DNA of 64,000 nucleotides from Isurus oxyrinchus. Taxonomy: Eukaryota. Positions 11,001-22,133 of the stretch are shown one piece after another. A program made the position numbers and the translations under genes. The notes under the pieces were generated by a model, which saw only the letters and a list, made by a program, of their open reading frames with translations, did no database searches and had not been told where the DNA came from. Positions within the stretch are counted from its first letter, which is position 1. Every line of letters begins with the position of its first letter. The stretch is from contig JANJGN010000326.1 of assembly GCA_026770705.1 (NCBI GenBank), positions 496,001 through 560,000 of the forward strand. The letters run 5' to 3'.

Positions 11001-13994
11001 CCACACTTGGGGCAGGTGAACGGTCTTTCACCAGTGTGAGTGTGTTGGTGTGTCAGCAGGTTGGATACCCTAATGAATCCCTTCCCACACTTGGGGCAGG
11101 TGAACGGTCTTTCCCCAGTGTGAATGTGTTGGTGTGTCAGCAGGTTGGATACACTAATGAATCCCTTCCCACACTTGGGGCAGGTGAAAGGTCTTTCCCC
11201 AATGTGAGTGTGTTGGTGTGTCAGCAGGTTGGTTAACTGAGTGAATCCCTTCCCGCACTTGGAGCAGGTGAACGGTCTTTCCCCAGTGTGAGTGTGTTGG
11301 TGTGTCAGCAGGTTGGATACAATAATGAATCCCTTCCCACACTTGGGGCAGGTGAACGGTCTTTCCCCAGTGTGAATGTGTTGGTGTGTCAGCAGGTTAG
11401 ATACACTAATGAATCCCTTCCCACTCTTGGGGCAGGTGAACGGTCTTTCCCCAGTGTGAGTGTGTTGGTGTGTCAGCAGGTTGGATACACTAATGAATCC
11501 CTTCCCACACTTGGGGCAGGTGAAAGGTCTTTCCCCAATGTGAGTGTGTTGATGTGTCAGCAGGTTGGATAACTGAGTGAATCCCTTCCCGCACTTGGAG
11601 CAGGTGAACGGTCTTTCCCCAGTGTGAGTGTGTTGGTGTGTCAGCAGGTTGGATACACTAATGAATCCCTTCCCACACTTGGGGCAGGTGAACGGTCTTT
11701 CCCCAGTGTGAGTGTGTTGGTGTGTCAGCAGGTTAGATACACTAATGAATCCCTTCCCACTCTTGGGGCAGGTGAACGGTCTTTCCCCAGTGTGAATGTG
11801 TTGGTGTGTCAGCAGGTTAGATACACTAATGAATCCCTTCCCACACTTGGGGCAGGTGAACGGTCTTTCCCCAGTGTGAGTGTGTTGGTGTGTCAGCAGG
11901 TTAGATACACTAATGAATCCCTTCCCACACTTGGGGCAGGTGAACGGTCTTTCCCCAGTGTGAGTGTGTTGGTATGTCAGCAGGTTAGATACACTAATGA
12001 ATCCCTTCCCACACTTGGGGCAGGTGAACGGTCTTTCCCCAGTGTGAGTGTGTTGGTGTGTCAGCAGGTTGGATACCCTAATGAATCCCTTCCCACACTT
12101 GGGGCAGGTGAACGGTCTTTCCCCAGTGTGAGTGTGTTGGTGTGTCAGCAGGTTAGATACACTAATGAATCCCTTCCCACACTTGGGGCAGGTGAACGGT
12201 CTTTCCCCAGTGTGAGTGTGTTGGTGTGTCAGCAGGTTAGATACACTAATGAGTCCCTTCCCACACTTGGGGCAGGTGAACGGTCTTTGCCCAGTGTGAG
12301 TGTGTTGGTGTGTCAGCAGGTTAGATACACTAATGAATCCCTTCCCACTCTTGGGGCAGGTGAACGGTCTTTCCCCAGTGTGAGTGTGTTGGTGTGTCAG
12401 CAGGTTAGATACACTAATGAATCCCTTCCCACACTTGGGGCAGGTGAACGGTCTTCCCCAGTGTGAGTGTGTTGGTGTGTCAGCAGGTTGGATACACTAA
12501 TGAATCCCTTCCCACACTTGGGGCAGGTGAACGGTCTTTCCCCAGTGTGAGTGTGTTGGTGTGTCAGCAGGTTAGATACACTAATGAATCCCTTCCCACA
12601 CTTGGGGCAGGTGAACGGTCTTTCCCCAGTGTGAATGTGTTGGTGTGTCAGCAGGTTGGATACACTAATGAATCCCTTCCCACACTTGGGGCAGGTGAAC
12701 GGTCTTTCCCCAGTGTGAGTGTGTTGGTGTGTCAGCAGGTTAGATACACTAATGAATCCCTTCCCACACTTGGGGCAGGTGAACGGTCTTTCCCCAGTGT
12801 GAGTGTGTTGGTGTGTCAGCAGGTTAGATACACTAATGAATCCCTTCCCACACTTGGGGCAGGTGAAAGGTCTTTCCCCAATGTGAGTGTGTTGCTGTGT
12901 CAGCAGGTTGGATACACTAATGAATCCCTTCCCACACTTGGGGCAGGTGAAAGGTCTTTCCCCAGTGTGAATGTGTTGGTGTGTCAGCAGGTTGGATAAC
13001 TGAGTGAATCCCTTCCCGCACTTGGAGCAGGTGAACGGTCTTTCCCCAGTGTGAGTGTGTTGGTGTGTCAGCAGGTTGGATACACTAATGAATCCCTTCC
13101 CACACTTGGGGCAGGTGAACGGTCTTTCCCCAGTGTGAGTGTGTTGGTGTGTCAGCAGGTTAGATACACTAATGAATCCCTTCCCACACTTGGGGCAGGT
13201 GAACGGTCTTTCCCCAGTGTGAGTGTTTTGGTGTGTCAGCAGGTTGGATACCCTAATGAATCCCTTCCCACACTTGGGGCAGGTGAACGGTCTTTCCCCA
13301 GTGTGAATGTGTTGGTGTGTCAGCAGGTTAGATACACTAATGAATCCCTTCCCACACTTGGGGCAGGTGAACGGTCTTTCCCCAGTGTGAGTGTGTTGGT
13401 GTGTCAGCAGGTTAGATACACTAATGAATCCCTTCCCACACTTGGGGCAGGTGAACGGTCTTTCCCCAGTGTGAATGTGTTGGTGTGTCAGCAGGTTAGA
13501 TACACTAATGAATCCCTTCCCACACTCAGAGCAGTTGAATGGCCTCTCCCCAGTGTGAATTTGCTGGTGTCTCAGGAGGTGGTGAATCTGAGTGAAGCCC
13601 TTCTCACACTTGGAGCAGGTGAATGACCTCTCCGCAGTGTGAATTTTCTGATGTCTCAGGAGGTGGTGAAACTGCGTGAATCCTTCCCCACACTCTGAGC
13701 AGGTGAATGGTCTCACAGCGGTGTGAACTCGCTGGTGTCTCAGGACTTGGTGTAACTGAGTGAATCCATTCCCACACTCGGAGCAGGTGAACGGTGTCTC
13801 CCCAGTGTGAGTGCGTCAATGAGTTTCCAGATGAGATGGGGATTCGAATCCCTTCCCACACCACATTTCCATGGCTTCTCCCCGTTGTGACTGCATTTAT
13901 GTTTTGACAGGCTAGATGATCGGCTGAAGCTTTATCCACATACAGAACACGTGTGCGGTTTCTCCCCACTGTGAAAGGTGCTTTTTCCTTCCAT
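8082..13994 (-). pseudogene. Giant C2H2 (Kruppel-type) zinc-finger gene, ~70 fingers in one exon, disrupted
   Basis: Acceptor near 14105; ATG at 13994 (MEGKSTFHSGEKPHTCSVCG*), in-frame TAA at 13934-13932, frameshift near 13860, 1-bp deletions near 12455 and 10356, premature TAG at 8216-8214 and near 8143, natural TGA at 8084-8082; repeated [26 protein letters not shown]. Confidence 0.85.
8345..13560. repeat. 84-bp coding minisatellite (~62 near-identical zinc-finger units)
   Basis: Unit cccagtgtgagtgtgttggtgtgtcagcaggttagatacactaatgaatcccttcccacacttggggcaggtgaacggtctttc with only a few variant positions. Confidence 0.97.
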
Positions 13995-14639
13995 GTTCAA
14001 AATCTGAAGATACTCACTTTAAGGTAAATTGAGTAATTCCATCAGATCCTGATGTGATGTTTGGTTTCAGTTTCCTGACTGCAAATCCTCCCCTTCTAAC
14101 ACCCTGTGGATTTGATTTAAAACAGAAAAAAGGGAGTGAGAGAGAACCCACAAAAACACAAAGGCAGGTTGTGAAATTGAGCTGAATGTATCTGGGAATT
14201 TGTGGAGCCGGCACGAGGAAAAAGTGACCATGAAAACTGCTGGATTGTCATAAAAACCCAAATGGTTCACTAATGTCCTTCAGGGAAGGGAACCTGCAAC
14301 CCAGTCAAGACCTACACGAGACCCTGGCCTGTATGTAGAGAGGCAGAGAGAGAGAGAGGGAGGCTGTGGGTGGGCGGTGGAGGGGGGTGGGGGGGGGGGG
14401 AGTGGGGAGTGGGTGGGAAGTGCAGGAGGAAGGAGAGGGATTTTATATATTTACAACTGAACCAGGACTTTGACAGGATCCACAATGTTATTGATTTTGA
14501 ATGTAATACAAAATCTGGAATTAAAAGTCCAATGGTGACCATGAAACTATTGGAGATTGTTGTAAAAACCCATCTGGGTCACTAATGTCCTTTACGGAGG
14601 GAAACCTGCTGCCCTTACCTGGGGATGGGTAATAAATGC

Positions 14640-17600
14640 TAAACAATAACAGAATTACCTGGAAAAACTCAGCAGGTCTGGCAGCATTGACGGAGAAGAA
14701 AAGAGTTGACTTTTCGAGTCCTCGTGACCCTTCAGCAGTACTGGTTGAATCCAAGAAGAGGGGTGAAATATAAGCTGGTTTAAGGTGGGGGGGGGGGGGG
14801 GGAGAAGTGGAGGAGTGGGTGGTTGTAGGGACAAATAAGCAGTGATAGGAGCAGATAATCAAAAGATGTCACAGACTAAAGTACAAAAGAACACAGAGGT
14901 GTTGAGGTTGGTGATATTATCTAAACGAATGTGCTGATTAAGAATGGATGGTAGGGCACCCAAAGTATAGCTGTAGTGGTGGTGGGGGGGCATAAAAGAT
15001 TTAAAAATAATGGAAATACTTGGGAAAAGAAAAGTCTATATAAATTATTGGAAAAATCAAAAGGAAGGGGGAAGAAACAGAAAGGGGGTGGGGATGGGGG
15101 AGGGAGGTCAAGATCCAAAGTTGTTGAATTCAATATTCAGTCCGGAAGGCTGTAAAGTGCCTAGTTGGAAGATGAGATGCTGTTCCTCCAGTTTGCGTTG
15201 GGCTTCACTGGAACAATGCAACAAACCGAGGACAGGCATGAGGGCAAGAGAGAAGGGTGTTAAAATGGCAAGCGACAGGGAAGTTTGGGTCATTCTTGCG
15301 GATAGACTGCAGGTGTTCTGCAAAGCGGTCGCCCAGTTTACGTTTGGTCTCTCCAATGTAGAGGAGACTGCATTAGGAGCAACGAATGCAGTAGACTAAG
15401 TTGGGGGAAATGCATGTGAAATGCTGCTTCACTTGAAAGGATTGTTTGGGCCCTTGGACGGTGAGGAGAGAGGAAGTGAAGGGGCAGGTGTTGCATCTTT
15501 TGTGTGGGCATGGGGTGGTGCCATAGGAGGGGGTTGAGGAGTAGGGGGTGATGGAGGAGTGGACCAGGGTGTCCCGGAGGGAATGATCCCTACGGAATGC
15601 CGCCAGGAGGGGTGCAGGGAAGACGTAATTGGTGGTGGCATCATGCTGGAAATGGCGGAGATGATCCTTTGAATGCGGAGGCTGGTGCGGTGATAAGTGA
15701 GGACAAGGAGGAGCATATTATGTTTCTGGGAGGAAGGAGAAGGAATGAGGGCAGATTCACGGGAGATGGGCCGGACACGGTTGAGGGCCCTGTCAACGAC
15801 CATGGGTGGAAAACCTCAGTTAAGGAAGAAGGAGGACATGTCAGAGGAACTGTTTTTGAAGGTAGCATCATCAGAACAGATGCGACGGAGGCGAAGGAAC
15901 TGGGAGAATGGGATGGAGTCCTTACAGGAAGCAGGGTGTGAGGAACTGTAGTCGAGGTAGCTGTGGGAGTCGGTAGACTTGTAACGGATATTGGTACACA
16001 GTCTATCACCAGAGATTGAGACAGAGAGGTCAAGGAAGGGAAGGGAAGTGTCAGAGATGGACCACGTGAAAATGATGGAGGGGTGGAGATTGGAAGCAAA
16101 ATTAATAAATTTTTCCAAGTCCTGACAAGAGCATGAAGCAGCACTGAAGTAATCATCGATGTACCGGAGAAAGAGTTGTGGAAGGGGGCCGGAGTAGGAC
16201 TGGAACAAGGAATGTTCCACATACCCCATAAAGAGACAGGCATAGCTGGGGCCCATGCGGGTACCCATAGCCACACCTTTTATTTGGAGAAAGTGAGAGG
16301 AGTTGAAGGAGAAATTGTTCAGCGTGAGAACAAGTTCAGCCAGATGGAGGAGAGTAGTGGTGGATGGGGATTGTTCGGGCCTCTCTTCGAGGAAGAAGCT
16401 AAGGGCCCTCAGACCATCCTGGTGGGGGATGGAGGTGTAGAGGGATTGGACATCCATGGTGAAGAGGAAGCGGTTGGGGCCAGTGAACTGGAAATTGTTG
16501 ATGTGACGTAAGGTGTCAGAGGAATCACGGATGTAGGTGGGAAGGGACTGGACAAGGAGAGAGAGAAGGGAGGCAAGATGTATCGGAGAAAGAGTTGTGG
16601 AAGGGGACCGGAGTAGGACTGGAACAAGGAATGTTCCACATACCCCATAAAGAGACAATGAGTTCCGTGGGGCAGGAGCAAGCTGACGCGATCGGTCTAC
16701 CGGGGCAGTTCTGTTTGTGAATTTTGGGTAGGAGGTAGAAGCGGGCCATCCGAGGTTAGGTGACTATCAGGTTGGAAGCTGTGGGAGGAAGATCCCCAGA
16801 GGAGATGAGGTCAGTGACAGTCCTGGAAACAATGGCTTGATGTTCAGTGGTGGGGTCATGGTCCAGGGAGAGGTAGGAGGAAGTGTCTGCGAGTTGATAC
16901 TCAGCCTCCGCGAGGTAGAGGTCAGTGCGCCAGACAACAACAGCACCACCCTTGTCAGCGGGTTTGATGACAATGTCAGGGTTGGACCTGAGAGAATGGA
17001 GTGCAGTAAGTTCAGAGAGAGAGAGATTAGAATGGGTGCAAGGAGCAGAGAAATTGAGACGACTAATGTCGCGCCGACAGTTCTCAATGAAAAGATCAAG
17101 AGAAGGTAAGAATCCAGACGGAGGGTTCCAGGTGGAGGGAGAATATTGGAGGTGGGTAAGAGGATCCGTTGAACTGGGAGAGGACTCCTGCTCAAAGAAG
17201 TGAGCCCGGAGACGAAGATGGCGGAAGAAGAGTTCAGCATCGTGCTGATCCCGAAATTCATTGAGATAAGGGTGTAAAGGTATGAAACTAAGTCCTTTGC
17301 TGAGCACTGAACGTTCAGCATCGGAGAGGGGAAGGTCAGGGGGTATAGTGAATACACGGCTGGGGCTGGGATTGGAAGATGCGGTAGGGACAGAGGGACA
17401 GGCAGGGGTGGAGAGTCCTAGATGGGTGTTGGTGTCGATAAGTTGTTGAAGCTTGTGTTCTTTAGCACTTAAGAGGAAGAGAAAAAGTTTTTTGTTGAGG
17501 TATCGGATGAGACAAAGAATAAAATGAAATTGGGGGCACATGCAGCTTTGAAAAAGGGTACGGCGGTGCTGCTGGAGGGAGAGGTCGAGTGTGTTCATAT

Positions 17601-17942
17601 GGCAGTGCATGGCACTGAGTGTGGATTTCAGAATGTGACGGGAACAGCAGTCCGAGAAATGTTTTAAGTACCGGAGATACCGGTAATCCTGGGTGGGTTC
17701 GAAACAAGAGGGATGGAATTTCAATTGAAATCCATGTGGGGTAAGTCGGAGATGGAGACAGTTACTGAGAAAGGAAATATGACTGTGAAAGCGGGTTTTA
17801 GTAAACACCTTGTCAAACACCAAGAGAGAAATGGAAAGCAATAAAGGTGAACAAGGCAAAAGAGAGATACAAAAATCTTATCGCAGAGACGAACAAAACT
17901 TCCTCAAGGTAGGCATTTCTTGAAGAGCAGTCAATTAAACAA
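14640..17942 (-). mobile_element. Penelope-like retroelement, near full-length copy (N-terminal region, RT, GIY-YIG, 3' pLTR), frameshifted
   Basis: IKPADKGGAVVV, FYLLPKIHK..PGRPI, MDVQSLYTSIPH, GVAMGTRMGPSYACLFM, FLRYIDDYF, LPFLDL; GIY-YIG remnant at 15110-15450; pLTR from 14640. Confidence 0.95.
15816..17859 (-). pseudogene. Penelope-like reverse transcriptase ORF, broken into ORFs 16756-17859, 16525-16749 and 15816-16658
   Basis: PLE RT motifs are spread over three frames; an ectopic internal duplication (~16579-16657, copying ~16160-16238) disrupts it. Confidence 0.9.
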
Positions 17943-19490
17943 AGAGATAAAAACAAAAAACTGCGGATGCTGGAAATCCAAAACAAAAACAGAATTACCT
18001 GGAAAAGCTCAGCAGGTCTACCAGCATCAGCGGAGAAGAAAAGAGTTGACGTTTCGAGTCCTCATGACCCTTCAGCAGAACTAGTTGAATCCAAGGAGAG
18101 GGGTGAAATATCAGCTGGTCTAAGGTGTGTGGGGGGGGGGGGGTGGGGGGGGGTTTGTGGGGAGTGGGGGGGGGGGGTCGAGAGAAGTGCAGGGAGTGGT
18201 GTGATTGTAGGGACAAGCAAGCTGTGATAGGAGCAGATAATCAAAAGATGTCACAAAGGAACAAAAGAACACATAGGTGTTGAAGTTGGTGATATTATCT
18301 AAACGAATGTGCTAATTAAGAATGGATGGTAGGGCACTCAAGGTACAGCTCTAGTGGGGGTGGGGGTCATAAAAGATTTAAAAATAATGGAAATAGGTGG
18401 GAAAAGGAAAATCTATATAAATTATTGGAAAAAACAAAAGGAAGTGGGAAGAAACAGTAAGGGAGTGGGGATGGGGGAGGGAGTTCAAGACCTAAAGTTG
18501 TTGAATTCAATATTCAGACCGGAAGGCTGTAAAGTGCCTAGTCGGAAGATGAGGTGTTGTTCCTCCACTTTGCGTTGGGCTTCACTGGAACAATGCAGCA
18601 AGCCAAGGACAGACATGTGGGCAAGAGAGCAGGGTGGAGTGTTAAAATGGCAAGCAACAGGGAGGTTTGGGTCATTCTTGCGGACAGACCGCAGGTGTTC
18701 TGCAAAGCGGTCGCCCAGTTTACGTTTGGTCTCTGCAATGCAGAGGAGACCACATTGGGAGCAACGAATGCAGTAGACTAAGTTGGGGGAAATGCAAGTA
18801 AAATGCTGCTTCACTTGAAAGGAGTGTTTGGGCCCTTGGACGGTGAGGAGAGAGGAAGTGAAGGGGCAGTTGTTACATCTTTTGCGTGGGCATGGGGTGG
18901 TGTCATAGGAGCGGGTTGAGGAGTAGGGGGTGATGGAGGAGTGGACCAGGGTGTCCCGGAGGGAGTGATCCCTATGAAATGTCGATAGGGGAGGTGAAAG
19001 GAAGATGTGTTTGGTGGTGGCATCATGCTGGAGTTGGCGGAAATGGCGGTGGATGATCCTTTGAATGCGGAAGCTGGTGGGGTGATAAATGAGGACAAGG
19101 GGGACCCTATCATGTTTCTGGGAGGGAGGAGAAGGCGTGAGGGCGGATGCGCGGGAGATGGGCCAGACACGATTGAGGGCCCTGTCAACGACCGTGGGTG
19201 GAAAACCTCGGTTAAGGAAGAAGGAGGACATGTCAGAGGAACCGTTTTTGAAGGTAGCATCATCGGAACAGATGCGACGAAGGCGAAGGAACTGGGAGAA
19301 TGGGATGGAGTCCTTACAGGAAGCGGGGTGTGAGGAGCTGTAGTCGAGGTAGCTGTGGGAGTCGGTGGGTTTGTAATGGATATTGGTGGACAGTCTATCA
19401 CCAGAGATTGAGACAGAGAGGTCAGGAAAGGGAAGGGAAGTGTCAGAGATGGACCACGTGAAAATGATGGAGGGGTGGAGATTGGAAGCT
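17943..19490 (-). mobile_element. Second, 5'-truncated Penelope-like copy in partial tandem (RT thumb, GIY-YIG endonuclease, pLTR)
   Basis: Direct repeat of 14640-16098; open frame with FTCISPNLVYCIRCSQCGLLCIAETKRKLGDRFAEHLRSV..PVACHFN; partial-tandem layout is typical of PLEs. Confidence 0.95.
18044..18082 (-). ncRNA. Hammerhead-ribozyme-like motif (A6C core variant) in pLTR
   Basis: Minus strand AGTT-CTGCTGA-A-GGGTC-ATGAG-GACTC-GAAA-CGTC-AACT; equivalent copies at 2313-2351, 14704-14742 and 54327-54365. Confidence 0.55.
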
Positions 19491-19650
19491 AAAATTTCAG
19501 CAGTGGTGGCTGAAATCTGTTTCTGGGTCTCAATAAAAGCATCAGCTGTCGAATTGGCAAATTTTTCAAGCACAGCTGCCAGGTTGATAACCTCTCGGGA
19601 GTTACGCACAGTTCCATAAGAGGGGATAGCAATCAAGGAGGGATTGTTGA
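19488..19650 (-). mobile_element. env: Retroviral env fragment (TM subunit fusion-peptide/heptad-repeat region)
   Basis: IAIPSYGTVRNSREVINLAAVLEKFANSTADAFIETQKQISATTAEILA; its end (ILA) overlaps the start of the env piece at 20085. Confidence 0.7.
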
Positions 19651-19976
19651 TGAATAAAATACATCTATACTTGTGAGAGGAAAAAACTAAAAATACATGT
19701 ATAATGAAATGACTGTAGAATGTCCCCAAACAGTCACACAGCCAGCACATAAATTAGCAAACCAAAGAGCCAGTGCTACCTTCCCAGACTAAGGGGCTCC
19801 GGATGTCAGATACAGTGGCAAAATCTAAGAGAAAAAAACTATTGTGTGTGCATTGCCCAGGATATGTAACCGTTAACACTATCGATTTGTTGAACCATCG
19901 ACATTGTTCTCTCTATTTGCTAAACCATTGACATTGTCGTGTCTAATCGTTAAATCATTAACACTGATCGCTATCC

Positions 19977-20074
19977 TTTGAAACCATTTGAAACTATTGT
20001 AATTGCCCAAGTTTCTGTCACGAACTTTGAAACCATTTGAAACTATTGTAATTGCCCAAGTTTCTGTCACGAAC
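19977..20074. repeat. Perfect 49-bp tandem duplication
   Basis: tttgaaaccatttgaaactattgtaattgcccaagtttctgtcacgaac at 19977-20025 and 20026-20074. Confidence 0.95.
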
Positions 20075-20084
20075 CTTTTGCTAT

Positions 20085-20295
20085 ATTTTAGCCCTACGCC
20101 TGACAGCGCGACAAAATAGAATGGCCCTTGATTTCCTCCTAGCTGAAAAAGGTGGCACTTGTGCCATAATAGGCTCAGAATGCTGCGCCTATGTGCCTGA
20201 TGTTTCTGAGAATATTACTGACCTGGAACAGCATGTTATGGATAAAGTGTGAGAAATAAAGAAAGTTTGGGAAAGGTTGAGCAGTGTTTATAACA
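20085..20295 (+). mobile_element. env: Retroviral env fragment (immunosuppressive domain and CX6CC)
   Basis: ILALRLTARQNRMALDFLLAEKGGTCAIIGSECCAYVPDVSENITDL: CKS-17-like QNRxxLDxLLAxxGG and CX6CC of gamma-type Env. Confidence 0.92.
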
Positions 20296-21786
20296 AGGAT
20301 TCCTACCTCCATTTCCGCCAACTCCAGCATGATGCCACCACCCTCCTTGTTAATCTTTTAGATTAATCACATCTTCATCATCAAAAGGGGGCTCATAACC
20401 ATAAGGAAAAGGCCAATCACTGGCAGGGTAAACTTTTTCTCCCCACCACTGGGGCCAGTGCGTATCAATTGAGGGACAAAGGGAGCTCCTCCTAATCCAG
20501 TGGTGACTCCAGTCATAGCTCCATTAATACACTGGATACAGCAAATCCTCATAGTAGCACATGCACAACACTTAATAAAACTAACCCAATTAAAACATAC
20601 AGCAGCTAACTTTCCCAACTGGAGAACCACCCCGCATCAGTAGTCTGCTCAGATGGTATCTACATGAATGCTATCAGCTCTGCTCCTCACCACAGGCAAC
20701 ATAAATTTGCTTCCGAGTTAATACAGCACAGATTGACCAGCAGGATACTAGGGACAGAATATTAAATTGTGGGGAGAGGTTGCAGAATTGTCAGTTTATT
20801 CCATTGACTATAGAATATTGAAAGGAGGTCTGTTCGAGGTGATTTAGTGTTAAACTATTTGACGGAAAAAATAATTCTTCTTTTGGAGAATAAAGGATGA
20901 GGGTGTATAATATTACAATTAGAGGTAGGCTATATTTGAGGAGAAACTGAATTTCTTCCATGCAGAGGGTTATGAATCCGAAGCTCTTGCCTCCAAAGTA
21001 TTTGGATTTGATTCATTCAGAGCATTAAGTAGAATTACAGGATATACAGCACAGAAACAGGGCACTCAGCCCAGCAGGTCTGTGCGGCTGATTACGCTAA
21101 GCAAGAGAATGCCCCAATAACTCTTCATCTATCTTATATTGATACAACCACTTCTAGTAACACCCACAAGTTGATACATTTGCTATATATATTTTAACAA
21201 ACACTTCAGTAACCCAAAAATATTTATCAGGGTGTAACCCACTTTACTAATTTCTCGAGATAAGACACACAGCGTCTACAAGATATCTAGCCATTATGAT
21301 CTCAAATTTCTTGTCATGCAAGTAAAAACAAATTTATCGAAATGAAGACTAGAACTGTGGTTGGAGATTCTCACGTGTGATCCAACGGGTCTCAATGTAA
21401 CAGTAATGCAACTTTTCTGATTTTCAGTTTCCTCCCTTTAGAAATGAAACTCAGTTTTTGTTGTGTGTGTCAAATTGTGTGGATAAACTCTGTCGCTACG
21501 GAACTTGCACCAGTCACTGTAGACCCCCTTGTTCCCTGCCACATTTAGACTCTAATTTTTCGAGGGGTATCTTGCCTCATTATTATATATGTTTGTACTC
21601 TTTGTACCTTTTCACTATATTTTCAAGATGTTCCTTAGCTAAGCACAATTGTATCATGGTATATTGGGCTAAGGAGGATAAATAAATTTAGGCTTCAGAC
21701 CAAATGAGAACTAAATGAATTTGGAGCAGGGCTGAAGAGTTGAAAGTCATCCACCTGCTCCTATGTTTCGGAGTTACCTGTTGGGA

Positions 21787-22094
21787 ATGATTGGAGTTGG
21801 TGGCTTTGCTCTAGTGCTCACTTTGTGTCTTGCAGGTTAAACAGACGTTATACAAACTTATCCATCAGAGACTCCGGCTAAACAGAAAATGATATTGATA
21901 CACTGCCGCACAACCATCCCATTCCCTGTGATATATTGGTACGTTAAGCCTCCAAACCAGAGCCCAAAGTTGCTGATAATGGCGTCGACAAACGGTGAAC
22001 AGAAAGGTCTATTTAGAGCCGTCAGTTGAAGCTTGGATAAAAGCAGCCCCCTGACTATCTCAGCTTTGAGTCTCACAGACACTTCTGTGCTGTA
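21787..22094 (+). pseudogene. T-cell receptor alpha/delta-like variable gene segment pseudogene
   Basis: MIGVGGFALVLTLCLAG*TDVIQTYPSETPAKQKMILIHCRTTIPFPVIYWYVKPPNQSPKLLIM..SSPLTISALSLTDT, then a short deletion before (F)CAV; stops at 21838-21840 and 22027-22029; followed by an RSS. Confidence 0.8.
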
Positions 22095-22133
22095 CACACG
22101 TGTAGTAAGGGGCGACAGCGCCATACAAAAACC
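22095..22133 (+). other. 23-bp-spacer recombination signal sequence
   Basis: Heptamer CACACGT (22095-22101), 23-nt spacer, consensus nonamer ACAAAAACC (22125-22133). Confidence 0.85.

Noticed and set aside
8345-13560. Regular repeat array resembling CRISPR
   Set aside because: No unique spacers; units are contiguous 84-bp zinc-finger codons in vertebrate DNA
8769-13626. Long plus-strand ORFs ([27 protein letters not shown] repeats)
   Set aside because: Antisense shadow of the zinc-finger repeat; no independent coding evidence
8082-13994. Calling the ZNF gene PRDM9
   Set aside because: No KRAB, SSXRD or PR/SET exon seen; the exon start and terminal fingers look like generic shark ZNF genes
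20052-20252. Domesticated syncytin-like env gene
   Set aside because: Only short, inverted fragments with a stop; no SU, signal peptide or contiguous TM anchor
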